Assembly (NCBI GenBank): GCA_964426315.1
Contig: CAYRPQ010000001.1
Location: 1 to 40,234, forward strand
Direction of reading: 5' to 3'
Length of the DNA: 40,234 nt
Source: an uncultured Candidatus Saccharibacteria bacterium
Lineage (GTDB): Bacteria > Patescibacteriota > Saccharimonadia > Saccharimonadales > UBA4665
The notes beneath the pieces are model-generated. The model worked only from the letters and a program-made list of their open reading frames with translations, was not told the DNA's origin and made no database searches. Below are positions 15,920-28,171 of this stretch, piece by piece. The first letter of the stretch is position 1, and every line of letters begins with the position of its first letter. Made by a program: the position numbers and the translations under genes.

Positions 15920-16715
15920 CACGCATTGCCACATCCAATCGGCCGGCCTAAAAGAAGGCGAGCGCGTCACCCGCCAGCTCTGGGCCAAATCACCGGAATT
16001 AACGGGGGACGCTCTGGTCAAAAGGGCCGCCAAGGCAGGGGTTACGCGCCTGCTTTGCGTCGGCTGTGACCTGGAAGACAGCCGGTTAGCCATAAAGTTT
16101 GCCCAGGAACATGAGAGTTGCTGGGCCTCGATCGGTATCCACCCGCATGAGGCCCAACACCATTTAGGCGGTCGCCGGGTGCCGGAATTTGCCACCCTGG
16201 CCCTCGAGCCAAAAGTTGTAGCCATTGGTGAGTGCGGGCTGGACTATTTCTACGAACATTCACCCAAAGCCGACCAGGTTAAGGTCCTGGAATTCCAGAT
16301 AGAACTGGCCTTGGCCGCCGACCTGCCGCTTATTTTCCATGTTCGCGAGGCCTTTGATGATTTTTGGCCGATTTTTGACGCTTATAAAGGTTTGCGTGGG
16401 GTTCTACACAGTTTCACCGATTCCTCTGCCAACATGAAAAAGGGTTTGGACAGGGGACTTTACATTGGCGTCAACGGCATCGCCACTTTTGCCAAAAACC
16501 CGGCCCAGCTGGAAACCTACAAGGCCATCCCGTTGGCAAAATTACTACTCGAAACAGATGCGCCCTTCTTGACACCTCACCCCTATCGTGGTAAGATAAA
16601 CGAGCCTTCGCGAGTGGGAGTTGTCGCCGATTTTTTGGCAGAGTTACGCGGCGAAAGCCGTGATAAAATAGCTAGAGAAACCACGGCCAACGCCCGCCAG
16701 CTGTTCGGCATTTAG
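15906..16715 (+). CDS. tatD: TatD-family metal-dependent hydrolase/DNase
   Basis: VDTHCHI start motif, then GECGLDY, IFHVREA, VLHSF and ETDAPFL. It overlaps metG by 14 nt. Confidence 0.9.
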   Translation: MNLVDTHCHIQSAGLKEGERVTRQLWAKSPELTGDALVKRAAKAGVTRLLCVGCDLEDSRLAIKFAQEHESCWASIGIHPHEAQHHLGGRRVPEFATLALEPKVVAIGECGLDYFYEHSPKADQVKVLEFQIELALAADLPLIFHVREAFDDFWPIFDAYKGLRGVLHSFTDSSANMKKGLDRGLYIGVNGIATFAKNPAQLETYKAIPLAKLLLETDAPFLTPHPYRGKINEPSRVGVVADFLAELRGESRDKIARETTANARQLFGI

Positions 16716-16724
16716 AGACAGTTT

Positions 16725-17054
16725 ATGAATTTCAATATCCCCGGTTTTAACGGCGAAAAAGCAAACTATGCTGTTACCTATGACCTTGAAGCAATCAAGG
16801 ATCGGCTAGATGACATCATTTCGGCCGATATGGGCGCCGATTGGGCCGCTAAGTTTAGTGAAGGACCCGATATCATCGGGGAAGAGATGCGTAATGTACC
16901 AACGGCTTCGGAAATAGGCCGTAAACTTGTGCCATCGGCCGCTGAGACGCCCCCGCCAGCCGAATCTGTCGAAGTGCCCGAAGAAAATAATGTTATAAAC
17001 GTGGATTTCGCCCGTCGGCGAGTTGACGATGCCCTGGGTGGAGGCAGGCAGTAA
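16725..17054 (+). CDS. Hypothetical 109-aa acidic protein
   Basis: ORF in the operon context. Its stop overlaps the next start (TAATG). No family recognised. Confidence 0.5.
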   Translation: MNFNIPGFNGEKANYAVTYDLEAIKDRLDDIISADMGADWAAKFSEGPDIIGEEMRNVPTASEIGRKLVPSAAETPPPAESVEVPEENNVINVDFARRRVDDALGGGRQ

Positions 17055-17425
17055 TGAACTTGCTACCGAAGATTTTTCCCCGGACCGACGAAGATCCCCG
17101 CAAGCGCATGCAACGTTCGTTGATGCGCCGCGAAGCCGAGATAGGCGGCCAGCTTTTTGGCCCCGTTCCCGAGGGGCGTCGTCGCCAGTTTTTCTGCCTT
17201 GATTCTCATACCTGGATCTGGCACGAAGAGTGGCAGAACGCCAACGGCGAACGACAAGCTATAACCACCCGGTACGATATTAGGCCGAACGGCATCCTTA
17301 AAGCGCAAGACGGCCAACACTACCAGCGGCTTTCGCGTGATGAAGCTCGTAACTTAGCACAAGCCGCCAAACTTTATCGACAGCGTATTGGTGGCGAGTA
17401 CCAGCGCATCCTGCAAGCCGCCTAA
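17054..17425 (+). CDS. Hypothetical 123-aa basic protein
   Basis: Coupled to the upstream ORF. No family recognised. Confidence 0.55.
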   Translation: MNLLPKIFPRTDEDPRKRMQRSLMRREAEIGGQLFGPVPEGRRRQFFCLDSHTWIWHEEWQNANGERQAITTRYDIRPNGILKAQDGQHYQRLSRDEARNLAQAAKLYRQRIGGEYQRILQAA

Positions 17426-17434
17426 TAGGCGGGT

Positions 17435-17440
17435 TATACT
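17435..17440 (+). promoter_or_regulatory. -10 box (TATACT), leaderless arrangement
   Basis: TATACT at 17435-17440, then 6 nt, then ATG 17447. Confidence 0.4.
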
Positions 17441-17446
17441 TAACAG

Positions 17447-18586
17447 ATGCCCAAGCAATTTATTTACCTGGACCATGCCGCCGCTACGCCGGTCGATCCG
17501 GCCGTGCTCGAAGCCATGCAGGCGTACTTTACGGATAAGTTCTATAATCCGTCGGCTACCTATGAGCCGGCCCTGGAAGTTCGCAAGGCTCTAGAGGCGG
17601 CCCGCTCGACGGTGGCGCACTGGCTGGGCGCGCGTTCCAGCGAGATTATTTTTACGGCCGGCGGTACCGAGGCCAACAATTTGGCGATCCACGGTGTTAT
17701 GCGGCAATTTCCGGGCGCAAATGTGGTGGTTAGCACAATAGAACATGATTCGGTGCTGGCGGCCGCAGGCGACTATGACTGCAGGCTGGTAGCCGTTCAG
17801 CCTGACGGGCGACTGGACCTGGACGACCTGTCGGCCAAGATTGATGACAAAACCGTGCTGGTCAGCATCGGCTACGCCAACAACGAGATCGGCACCGTCC
17901 AGCCTTTGCGAGAGGTGGCCAAAATAATTGCCGGCAAGCGCCGTGGCCGTAAACTGCCTCTGTATTTTCACACCGACGCCGCCCAAGCCGGCAATTACCT
18001 GGACTTACATGTTGCCCGGTTGGGCGTTGACCTGCTGACCATTAACGGTGGCAAACTTTACGGCCCGAAACAGTCGGGCGCTTTGTACGTTAAGACCGGC
18101 CTGGAACTTAAGCCGTTGATTGCCGGCGGCGGCCAAGAGAGAGGCCTGCGTTCCGGAACCGAAAACGTGGCTTTCGCGGTTGGTCTGGCCAAAGCCTTAG
18201 ATATGGCTCAAGAACGAAAACACGAAGAATTAAAACGCCTGGAAACCCTTCAGCTGTATTTCATGAAAAGCCTCGAGAAGGAATTACCCCAAACCATCAT
18301 TAACGGCACGCGCCGTTGGCGATTACCGAATAACGTCCACCTAACGTTGCGCGGACAAGATAACGAGCGCCTGCTCATCGAACTGGAACAGAAGGGCGTT
18401 CTGGCGGCCGCCGGCTCGGCCTGCAGTGCTAGCGACGAAGAGCCCTCGCATGTCCTAAAAGCCATCGGTTTGAATGACACCGACGCCCGCGCAAGCCTGC
18501 GTTTTAGCATGGGCCGCGTGACGACCCTGGACATGGTCGACCGGACCGTAAAAGACCTGGCTAATTTGCTTTCGTTATCGAAGTAA
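17447..18586 (+). CDS. Cysteine desulfurase (NifS/IscS-type, class V aminotransferase fold)
   Basis: FTAGGTEANN, HTDAAQA, the PLP-lysine region INGGKLYGPKQSGALYV, and the catalytic-cysteine loop AAGSACSA. Confidence 0.9.
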   Translation: MPKQFIYLDHAAATPVDPAVLEAMQAYFTDKFYNPSATYEPALEVRKALEAARSTVAHWLGARSSEIIFTAGGTEANNLAIHGVMRQFPGANVVVSTIEHDSVLAAAGDYDCRLVAVQPDGRLDLDDLSAKIDDKTVLVSIGYANNEIGTVQPLREVAKIIAGKRRGRKLPLYFHTDAAQAGNYLDLHVARLGVDLLTINGGKLYGPKQSGALYVKTGLELKPLIAGGGQERGLRSGTENVAFAVGLAKALDMAQERKHEELKRLETLQLYFMKSLEKELPQTIINGTRRWRLPNNVHLTLRGQDNERLLIELEQKGVLAAAGSACSASDEEPSHVLKAIGLNDTDARASLRFSMGRVTTLDMVDRTVKDLANLLSLSK

Positions 18587-18657
18587 TTGCGATATACTGA
18601 CTCCTGAAGCATTAGCGCTTAAATGAAGTCTATAAAAACCATGGTGGGTAAACAAAC

Positions 18658-19287
18658 ATGACAATCTGGTGGCTGGCTCTCATTCTGGCCGTTATAGGTG
18701 CCGCCGGCATAGCTTTTATCTGGTTGGCCGTGCGCCTTAACCGTGCCCCGGCCGCCCCCACTGCCCAGCATAATCCAAGCGGCTCCCTATCTGCCTTAGC
18801 CCGCGAGGACGTCGATCGCATCTTCAACGACGAGTTCCGTGAGGAACTGCGTAACCGCGGCCGCCTGCATTTCGAGAAAATCATCGGTGAAAACGCCATG
18901 TTTCTACAACAGGACCTGCGCTTAACGACCTCCCAGCTCAATGAATTCATGAAAGACGAGATCACCCGCAAACTTAAAGAGGAATTCGCCAAATACGAAC
19001 AGTCCATCACAGACGCCAAACAGCTGGCCGTCGATTCCATTCAGAAGACCAACCTGGCCATAGACGAACAGCGGCACGCCCTCAGTGAGCAGGCGCAGAA
19101 GGAAATCCTAGCTGAAAAACAGCAACTGCTGAAACGCTTCGAGGCCAATATGGCCGACATCATCAACCACTACGTGCTGGCGGCAGTCGGCAACCAGATA
19201 GACCTGAACGATCAGCTGGACTTCATCCTGGGCGAAATGGAAGCCAATAAGAAAGCGATTGTAGAGGACATTTTAAGTGGCGCGTGA
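18658..19287 (+). CDS. atpF: F-type ATP synthase subunit b-like protein (peripheral stalk)
   Basis: A single N-terminal TM helix followed by about 170 aa of charged helix. It sits directly upstream of the delta-like gene. The call rests on architecture and position. Confidence 0.65.
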   Translation: MTIWWLALILAVIGAAGIAFIWLAVRLNRAPAAPTAQHNPSGSLSALAREDVDRIFNDEFREELRNRGRLHFEKIIGENAMFLQQDLRLTTSQLNEFMKDEITRKLKEEFAKYEQSITDAKQLAVDSIQKTNLAIDEQRHALSEQAQKEILAEKQQLLKRFEANMADIINHYVLAAVGNQIDLNDQLDFILGEMEANKKAIVEDILSGA

Positions 19288-19822
19288 AACAAAAAGCATC
19301 GAACCGGTTAAAGCCAAGGCGCCCGCCAAACTCAAACTGCCAGTATTGGTAGCCAGCCCGACCGATGTAGGCCGACTGGCACGTGAGCTGGAAGCGCTTG
19401 ACGATTCTTTGCTCCAGCTTAAATTGCGCAAAGGCGGCGAGGCCGTTCACATGCCCAAAACCAGCCAGCTTATGGATGAAACCATCCAGCTCAACAAGCT
19501 GAACCTCCTACAGGCCACCGATCGCAAACAACTGCTTAAATTCCTGCAGGCCGTTAAAAAACAGGCGCCGGTTATGCACGCCAGTTTCAGCTCCGATCCG
19601 TCGGTGGCTTTTATCGAGAAGCTGATGACCTGGTTGAGGCGGGAAGTTCACCCGCAGATACTGCTGACCATCGGCCTTCAGCCGACCATCGGCGCCGGTT
19701 GCATGATCCGCAGTACCAACCATTATTTTGACTTCACCTTGCGCCATAAATTCGACGCCCAGCGCGACATGTTGATAGAAAAACTGGGTGGCGCCCAAGC
19801 ACCCGTCGAGGCGGTGAAATGA
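19277..19822 (+). CDS. atpH: F-type ATP synthase subunit delta (OSCP)-like protein
   Basis: GTG start overlaps the atpF end. The C-terminal segment [26 protein letters not shown] resembles the delta C-terminal motif. Its position is between b and alpha. Confidence 0.65.
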   Translation: MARETKSIEPVKAKAPAKLKLPVLVASPTDVGRLARELEALDDSLLQLKLRKGGEAVHMPKTSQLMDETIQLNKLNLLQATDRKQLLKFLQAVKKQAPVMHASFSSDPSVAFIEKLMTWLRREVHPQILLTIGLQPTIGAGCMIRSTNHYFDFTLRHKFDAQRDMLIEKLGGAQAPVEAVK

Positions 19823-21386
19823 GTGCCGCCAATAAGCACTTCGACGGCTTGATAGCCGCCGGTAACCCGATCGGCGAAATCATATCGGTGGAAAAATTCC
19901 TGGTCCGGGTGCGCGGCCTTCAGCCGTGTAACGTCCACTCCATCGTCATGTTTGAGAGCGGCAGTAAGGGTGTCGTGCACCAGGTTAATGACGATCACGT
20001 GGCGATTCTTCATCTGGGCTCCGAAAACCTACGCGTGGGCATGGTCGCGGTATTACAGCATCACGAGCTGGTTTGTAAGGTCGGTAAAGATTTTATCGGC
20101 CGCGTGACCTCCGTGACCGGCGAACCGCTGGATGGCAAGGGTCCAATCCCTGCCGACGCCGTCTGGCCGGTCTTTAACGAAGCCCCGCCACTGCACGCTC
20201 GTAAATTGCTCGAGGACCAGCTGGAAAGCGGCGTGACGGCGATTGACTCTTTATTCCCGATCGTCCGTGGTCAGCGCATGGCCATGCTGGCCGAGGGCAA
20301 GTCCGGTAAAAGTACCCTGGCCACCCAGCTGACAATCAACCAGAAAAACACTGACCAGGTCGTGGTCTACTGCCTGATTGCCAAGCGACGCAGTGACGTC
20401 GACTCCTTGCTCACACGCCTACAGGAAAACGGCGGTATGGAAAAGGCCGTGGTGGTGGTGGCAACCATGTTCGAATCGTTGATAACCAGCTACCTGGCTC
20501 CTTACGTGGCTTGCTCAATGGCCGAGTACCTGTGGCAGAAATGCGACCAGGATACCATTATAATTTACGATGATCTGACCAGCCACGCCCACGCCTACCG
20601 TGAAATCGCGCTGTTGTCGGGTGTTAGTCCGGGCCGCGAATCTTACCCGGGCGACATGTTCCACGCCCACTCCTCACTGCTGGAGCGGGCCGGTCGCCTG
20701 GAGGCCAGCGGCAAAGCCCTAACAAGCATTCCGATAGTTCACGCCGCCAACGGCGACATAACCTCCTATTTGCCAACTAACATCATGTCCATTACTGACG
20801 GGCAGTGGATACTCGACATGGAAACCTTCCGATCGGGCGTGCGGCCGGCGGTTAATATTGGCCTGAGCGTGACCCGTGCCGGCGGCACCGGCCACAACAA
20901 GCGCCAGAAAGAAATCGCCGCCCGGACGCTTAAAATCCTGGCCGATTACCAACAGGCCGCCGAATTTGCCCGCTTCGGCACCGAGCTGGCCGCTGAAGCT
21001 AAGCGCGCCTTAGAGACAGGTAAGCGCATCTACGAAATCCTGACCCAGGGGCCGGGAGAAACCTTTTCACTGCTTAGTCAGCAATTAATGTTCGATATAG
21101 TCCTGAACCTGGAAGACAACGCCGACATCGATCTGCACATTCTTAAGCTGTCAGTACCAGAGTACGCCGCCAGAATTACCAAAGAGGAAGATTACGCAGG
21201 CATCCGTGATGAGCTTAAGGCCAAATGCGTAATAACGCTGAAAACGCCGGCGCCGACCGCCAACGCCGGCACCGGCCAAGCCGCGCCGCCTCCTGCTTCT
21301 GATCAGGCCCCGCCGGCCCAACCGGCGGCCAAAGAAGAGCAGGAGCCGCCCAAAAAGCATCGCCGCGGCCTACTGGGAGCTAAAAA

Positions 21387-21390
<4 letters not shown>
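19819..21390 (+). CDS. atpA: F1 ATP synthase subunit alpha (divergent, with a Pro/Ala-rich C-terminal tail)
   Basis: Collinear by eye with E. coli alpha. P-loop AEGKSGKST, then [43 protein letters not shown] and [16 protein letters not shown] overlap with atpH. Confidence 0.88.
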
Positions 21391-23931
<2,541 letters not shown>

Positions 23932-23933
23932 TT

Positions 23934-23942
23934 TGATAATAT
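23934..23942 (+). promoter_or_regulatory. Extended -10 promoter (TGaTAATAT)
   Basis: TAATAT at 23937-23942, then 9 nt, then ATG 23952. Confidence 0.4.
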
Positions 23943-23951
23943 AGATAGTCT

Positions 23952-24983
23952 ATGGCAAAAAAAGTTTATGTCGGGATGTCCGGCGGGGTTGACTCGTCGG
24001 TTACGGCCGCCTTGCTGAAAGACCGGGGCTTTGACGTCACGGGCGTCTACATGAAGAACTGGAGCCAGGACCTGCCGGGCTTTGTTTGTCCCTGGAAGGA
24101 AGATTACCAAGACGCCAAACGCGTAGCCGTGCAACTTGGCATAGACTTCAAAATGTATGATTTTGAGAAAGAGTACCGCCGAAAGGTTGTTGATTACATG
24201 GTGGCCGAGTACCAGGCCGGCCGCACGCCCAACCCTGACATCATGTGTAACCAAGAAGTTAAGTTCAAGCTGTTCCTAGAAACGGCCATGGCTGATGGTG
24301 CTGACATGATCGCCACCGGTCACTACGCAAGGATTGAAGACGGTCAACTTTTTACAGGCTTGGATAAAAGCAAAGACCAATCCTACTTCCTTTACCGCGT
24401 GACTGAAAAAGCTCTGCATAAAAGCCTGATGCCGATCGGCGAACTCCACAAAACCAAAGTCCGTGACCTGGCAAAGAAACTAAAGCTGGCCACGGCTGAT
24501 AAAAAAGACAGCCAGGGCATTTGCTTCGTGGGCAAAGTCGGCATTAAGGAATTCTTGCTAAATGAGCTAGGGCCCCAAAAACAGGGCCTGATTATCGACC
24601 AAAACGGCCAGGCGATTGGCGAGCACGACGGCGCGATCTTTTACACCATTGGCCAGCGCCACGGCCTTAACGTTGGTGGCGGCCTACCTTATTACGTGGC
24701 GAGCAAAGACATGAAGAAGAACGAGGTCCATGTCACCACCAACCTCGATGATAAAGACCTCTGGAGTAAAGAACTAAAACTGGAAGACGCCCACTGGATC
24801 AATGAGAAGCCGGGCGAGACTAAAGAATACAAAGCCCGCTTGCGTTACCGCGGGCCGCTTACTAACTGTCTAATAAAAGGCACTAAACTGACGCTAAAAG
24901 ACGAACAGCGCGGCTTGGCCGCTGGCCAATCGGCCGTGCTCTACGATGGCGATCACGTCTTGGGAGGGGGTATCGTAGCCTAG
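23952..24983 (+). CDS. mnmA: tRNA 2-thiouridine(34) synthase
   Basis: PP-loop motif VGMSGGVDSSV, then NPDIMCN, ATGHYAR, KDQSYFL and DSQGICF. Confidence 0.93.
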   Translation: MAKKVYVGMSGGVDSSVTAALLKDRGFDVTGVYMKNWSQDLPGFVCPWKEDYQDAKRVAVQLGIDFKMYDFEKEYRRKVVDYMVAEYQAGRTPNPDIMCNQEVKFKLFLETAMADGADMIATGHYARIEDGQLFTGLDKSKDQSYFLYRVTEKALHKSLMPIGELHKTKVRDLAKKLKLATADKKDSQGICFVGKVGIKEFLLNELGPQKQGLIIDQNGQAIGEHDGAIFYTIGQRHGLNVGGGLPYYVASKDMKKNEVHVTTNLDDKDLWSKELKLEDAHWINEKPGETKEYKARLRYRGPLTNCLIKGTKLTLKDEQRGLAAGQSAVLYDGDHVLGGGIVA

Positions 24984-26143
24984 ATACCGTTACCGTAGTG
25001 CAGGCGGGCGTTGACGCGGGCCTGCCGTACTAAGTCGCGCCGTGGCCGGGCCCGGCGCGCGGCACGATCGACTATAGGTACTGCCAATTGCTTCTGGTTA
25101 TTCACCAATTCCCTCAGTTGCCGACGGTTTGGGCTACCTGTTGCTAGGTTATCCAAGTGGATCTCCCGATGAAGGGGACTGTAGCCCATCGCTCGTAATA
25201 CCGGGAAGGGTATCACCCGAGCGTCTCGCACTTCCTCGGTTCGACTTCCTGTCTCGGTACGCACCGTGGCCGTGCTAGCGCCGGCATCAGGATTGATCCG
25301 CAATTGAGGATATTCGGCGTAAACCCACATCGGCAATCTTCCCAAGGCGTGTAACTGGTGGACTGCCCAATCCGTCAACTCGTTAGGCACCTTGACGAAA
25401 TCCTCGGTGGCGCGGGCTTCGTCCGGACCTGCCGCCTCATCTCTTAGCTTGAAATCCAGGTCCTTGCGTTCCAGCCGTTCGCGGACGACAGGTAGTTCGT
25501 CCTCAGGAATGTAATTGGGGATGATTGGTACTTCCTGATCGCGTTGCTTAAGATCAGTAATCCTGCCACGGGTCGCCCTTTGCTCGTCGAGCACCCATAC
25601 GTTTTCGCCGACCGGTAGGTCTTCGGGTTGTCGCCTGTCCGGCAGTAAAGGAGTCCAGTCTTCGGTGCATTGCACGACATAAGCCTGAAATTCCGCCGGC
25701 TTGGGCACCCAGGCATCATAAGATGGCCCATAGGCTTTGGCCATGGTCGTCGTCAAGTTCGCCGATAAGTGGTCGATGAAGGGATCGACGCCGGAATAAC
25801 TGTAGGTTTTGATAGCTTCAATCAGACTCATAAAAGCCGTATTACGAATGGTTTTTTGGTTCTTATGATGGCGGTAGGGATAGGCCGCCAACGCTGTAGC
25901 CCAGTAGTAAGAATCAATAACCTCGGCCACGCCACCAGCCTCTGGGGGTTGGGTCTCTTTGATGGGGTCAAACTCATCAGCTTTGGCAATTCGACCAAAG
26001 TCAGTGCCCATTACGTGCATTACCTGCAGGCTATGTATTTTAGCTTCTAGTGAGCCGTCGAACCGGGCCAATTCGCGTAGTTGGCCGGCGGGCTCCACTA
26101 ATTCCGCGCTGATACGATCGTCAAGGGTTGCTATCTCCAACAT
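24980..26143 (-). CDS. Hypothetical 387-aa protein
   Basis: Long ORF on the opposite strand with backbone GC. No TM segment and no recognisable motif. Its stop codon shares the palindrome CTAG (24980-24983) with the mnmA stop. Confidence 0.6.
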   Translation of the reverse strand: MLEIATLDDRISAELVEPAGQLRELARFDGSLEAKIHSLQVMHVMGTDFGRIAKADEFDPIKETQPPEAGGVAEVIDSYYWATALAAYPYRHHKNQKTIRNTAFMSLIEAIKTYSYSGVDPFIDHLSANLTTTMAKAYGPSYDAWVPKPAEFQAYVVQCTEDWTPLLPDRRQPEDLPVGENVWVLDEQRATRGRITDLKQRDQEVPIIPNYIPEDELPVVRERLERKDLDFKLRDEAAGPDEARATEDFVKVPNELTDWAVHQLHALGRLPMWVYAEYPQLRINPDAGASTATVRTETGSRTEEVRDARVIPFPVLRAMGYSPLHREIHLDNLATGSPNRRQLRELVNNQKQLAVPIVDRAARRARPRRDLVRQARVNARLHYGNGI

Positions 26144-26219
26144 GGTAATGGGGATTTTACGATGATTTCATAAATAGGGCAATAATATTGTGAAGCAAGA
26201 CGACGGCGCCGTCATGGTT

Positions 26220-26228
26220 TGTTATACT
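26220..26228 (+). promoter_or_regulatory. Extended -10 promoter (TGtTATACT), leaderless alaS
   Basis: TATACT at 26223-26228, then 8 nt, then ATG 26237. This hexamer lies inside the longer track ORF that starts at TTG 26219. Confidence 0.5.
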
Positions 26229-26236
26229 TTACAGAT

Positions 26237-28171
26237 ATGACAGCGCAGGAAATTCGCAAAGCTTATTTAGATTTTTTTGTGGAGCGCGGGCACAAGGTGA
26301 TTCCGCGCGCCCAGTTGGTTCCTTATAACGACCCCACCACGCTGTTTACCGGATCAGGCATGCAGCCACTGATCCCGTACCTCCTGGGCGAAGCACACCC
26401 GGCAGGCACCCGTTTGGTCAACAGCCAGACTTGCTTGCGGGCCATGGACATAGAAGAAGTCGGCGATAATCGTCATACCACGTTCTTTGAAATGCTTGGC
26501 AACTGGTCGCTCGGCGATTACTATAAAGCCGAAGAAATTCCTTGGCTTTTCGAGTTCCTGACCGACGTTGTCGGCCTCGACCCGGAACGGCTCTACGTGA
26601 CCTGCTACATTGGTAACCAAGAGTTTGATATTCCCAAGGACGAAGAATCGGCCAAGCTATGGACTAAACTATTTGCAACCAAAAAAATCAAAGCTGAAAC
26701 GGTTGAAATCGGCTCGGAAGCCGACGGCTACGCCAAAGGCATGGGCAACGGCCGGATCTTTTATTACGACGGTAAAAAGAACTGGTGGAGCCGGGCCGGT
26801 GCCGAAGCCTCCACCCCGGTCGGAGATCCGGGCGGGCCCGACACCGAAGTGTTCTACGACTTCGGCACGGCGCACGACACCAAATGGGGCGAGCACTGCC
26901 ACCCTAACTGCGACTGTGGCCGTTTTATTGAGATCGCCAACAGTGTCTTTATGGCCTACAAGCGCACCGATAGAGGTTTCGAGGCCCTGCCCAAGCCGAA
27001 CGTCGACTTTGGCGGCGGCCTGGAGCGCATCGCCCTGGCGTCTATTCACGACCCCGACGTCTTTAAGATCAGCCTGCTAAAGCCGATTATTGCCAAGCTG
27101 GAAGAGATCTCAGGCAAGAATTATGAATCGCACACCGAAAGCATGCGCGTCATCGCCGACCACTTGCGGGCCGCTACCTTTCTAGCCGTCGACAGCGTTA
27201 CACCAAGCAATAAAGAACAGGGCTATGTAATGCGCCGCCTGGTGCGCCGGGCCATCCGCTTCGCATTCGAGCTGGGTGTCGAACAGAACTTCATGGAGCA
27301 GGTCGTGCCGGTCATCACTGACCTTTATAAAGACGACTTCCCGGAAGTTGCCGCCAGCCGTGATAAGGTCATTGAAACCCTAGCCAAAGAAGAAAAAATC
27401 TTCCGCCAAACCCTCCGCAAGGGATTGAAAGAATTTGATTTTATAGCAAGAATGAAGATGAGTGGTGAACATGATATAGGTACAAAAACACCCGAATTGA
27501 AGTCAGTTATTTTTGGCACTGAGTTATTCAAACTCTATGACACATACGGCTTTCCTGTTGAGTTATCGATCGAGGAGGCATTTAAAAGAGATATTGATCT
27601 TGAGTCTAACTGGCGTGAGAAGTTTGAATATGAAATGAGCATGCAACGTGAGCGTAGCCAAACGGCTAGCAAAGGCACATTCAAGGGCGGCTTGGGTGGT
27701 CATACCGATCAGCACAAAAAGTACCACACCGCCACGCACCTGGTATACCAAGCGTTACGCGATGTGCTGGGCGACCACGTTATCCAGCGTGGCTCGAACA
27801 TAACCGAGGAACGGTTAAGATTCGACTTCAGTCATCCCGAAAAAATGACGCCAGAGCAGATCAAAAAAGTCGAAGACATTGTTAACGAGCAAATCGACAA
27901 AGACCTTAAAGTTTCATTTAAAGAATACCCGACCAAGGTGGCCATAGAAGAAAAGGGCGCCCTAGGCCAGTTCGGCGACCGCTACGGCGATACAGTTAAA
28001 GTTTATAAAATGATCGCCGACGGCGCCGACAAACCCTTCAGCTTCGAAATCTGCGGCGGCCCGCACGTCGATCACACCGCGCAATTGGCCGAGGGAGGCA
28101 AGCGCTTCAAAATCCTTAAAGAAGAATCCAGCTCGGCCGGCATCCGCCGCATCAAAGCAGTTCTGCAATAG
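26237..28171 (+). CDS. alaS: Alanyl-tRNA synthetase, short form lacking the C-Ala domain
   Basis: MTAQEIRKAYLDFFVERGH start, then FTGSGM, RHTTFFEMLGNWS and LYDTYGFPVEL. The editing-domain motifs are HTATHL and CGGPHV. It ends at ...GIRRIKAVLQ after 644 aa. Confidence 0.92.
   Translation: MTAQEIRKAYLDFFVERGHKVIPRAQLVPYNDPTTLFTGSGMQPLIPYLLGEAHPAGTRLVNSQTCLRAMDIEEVGDNRHTTFFEMLGNWSLGDYYKAEEIPWLFEFLTDVVGLDPERLYVTCYIGNQEFDIPKDEESAKLWTKLFATKKIKAETVEIGSEADGYAKGMGNGRIFYYDGKKNWWSRAGAEASTPVGDPGGPDTEVFYDFGTAHDTKWGEHCHPNCDCGRFIEIANSVFMAYKRTDRGFEALPKPNVDFGGGLERIALASIHDPDVFKISLLKPIIAKLEEISGKNYESHTESMRVIADHLRAATFLAVDSVTPSNKEQGYVMRRLVRRAIRFAFELGVEQNFMEQVVPVITDLYKDDFPEVAASRDKVIETLAKEEKIFRQTLRKGLKEFDFIARMKMSGEHDIGTKTPELKSVIFGTELFKLYDTYGFPVELSIEEAFKRDIDLESNWREKFEYEMSMQRERSQTASKGTFKGGLGGHTDQHKKYHTATHLVYQALRDVLGDHVIQRGSNITEERLRFDFSHPEKMTPEQIKKVEDIVNEQIDKDLKVSFKEYPTKVAIEEKGALGQFGDRYGDTVKVYKMIADGADKPFSFEICGGPHVDHTAQLAEGGKRFKILKEESSSAGIRRIKAVLQ

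Noticed and set aside
26219-26236. TTG 26219 as the alaS start
   Set aside because: The TGtTATACT promoter lies inside this extension, and MTAQEIRKAYLDFF from ATG 26237 is the canonical AlaRS N-terminus.
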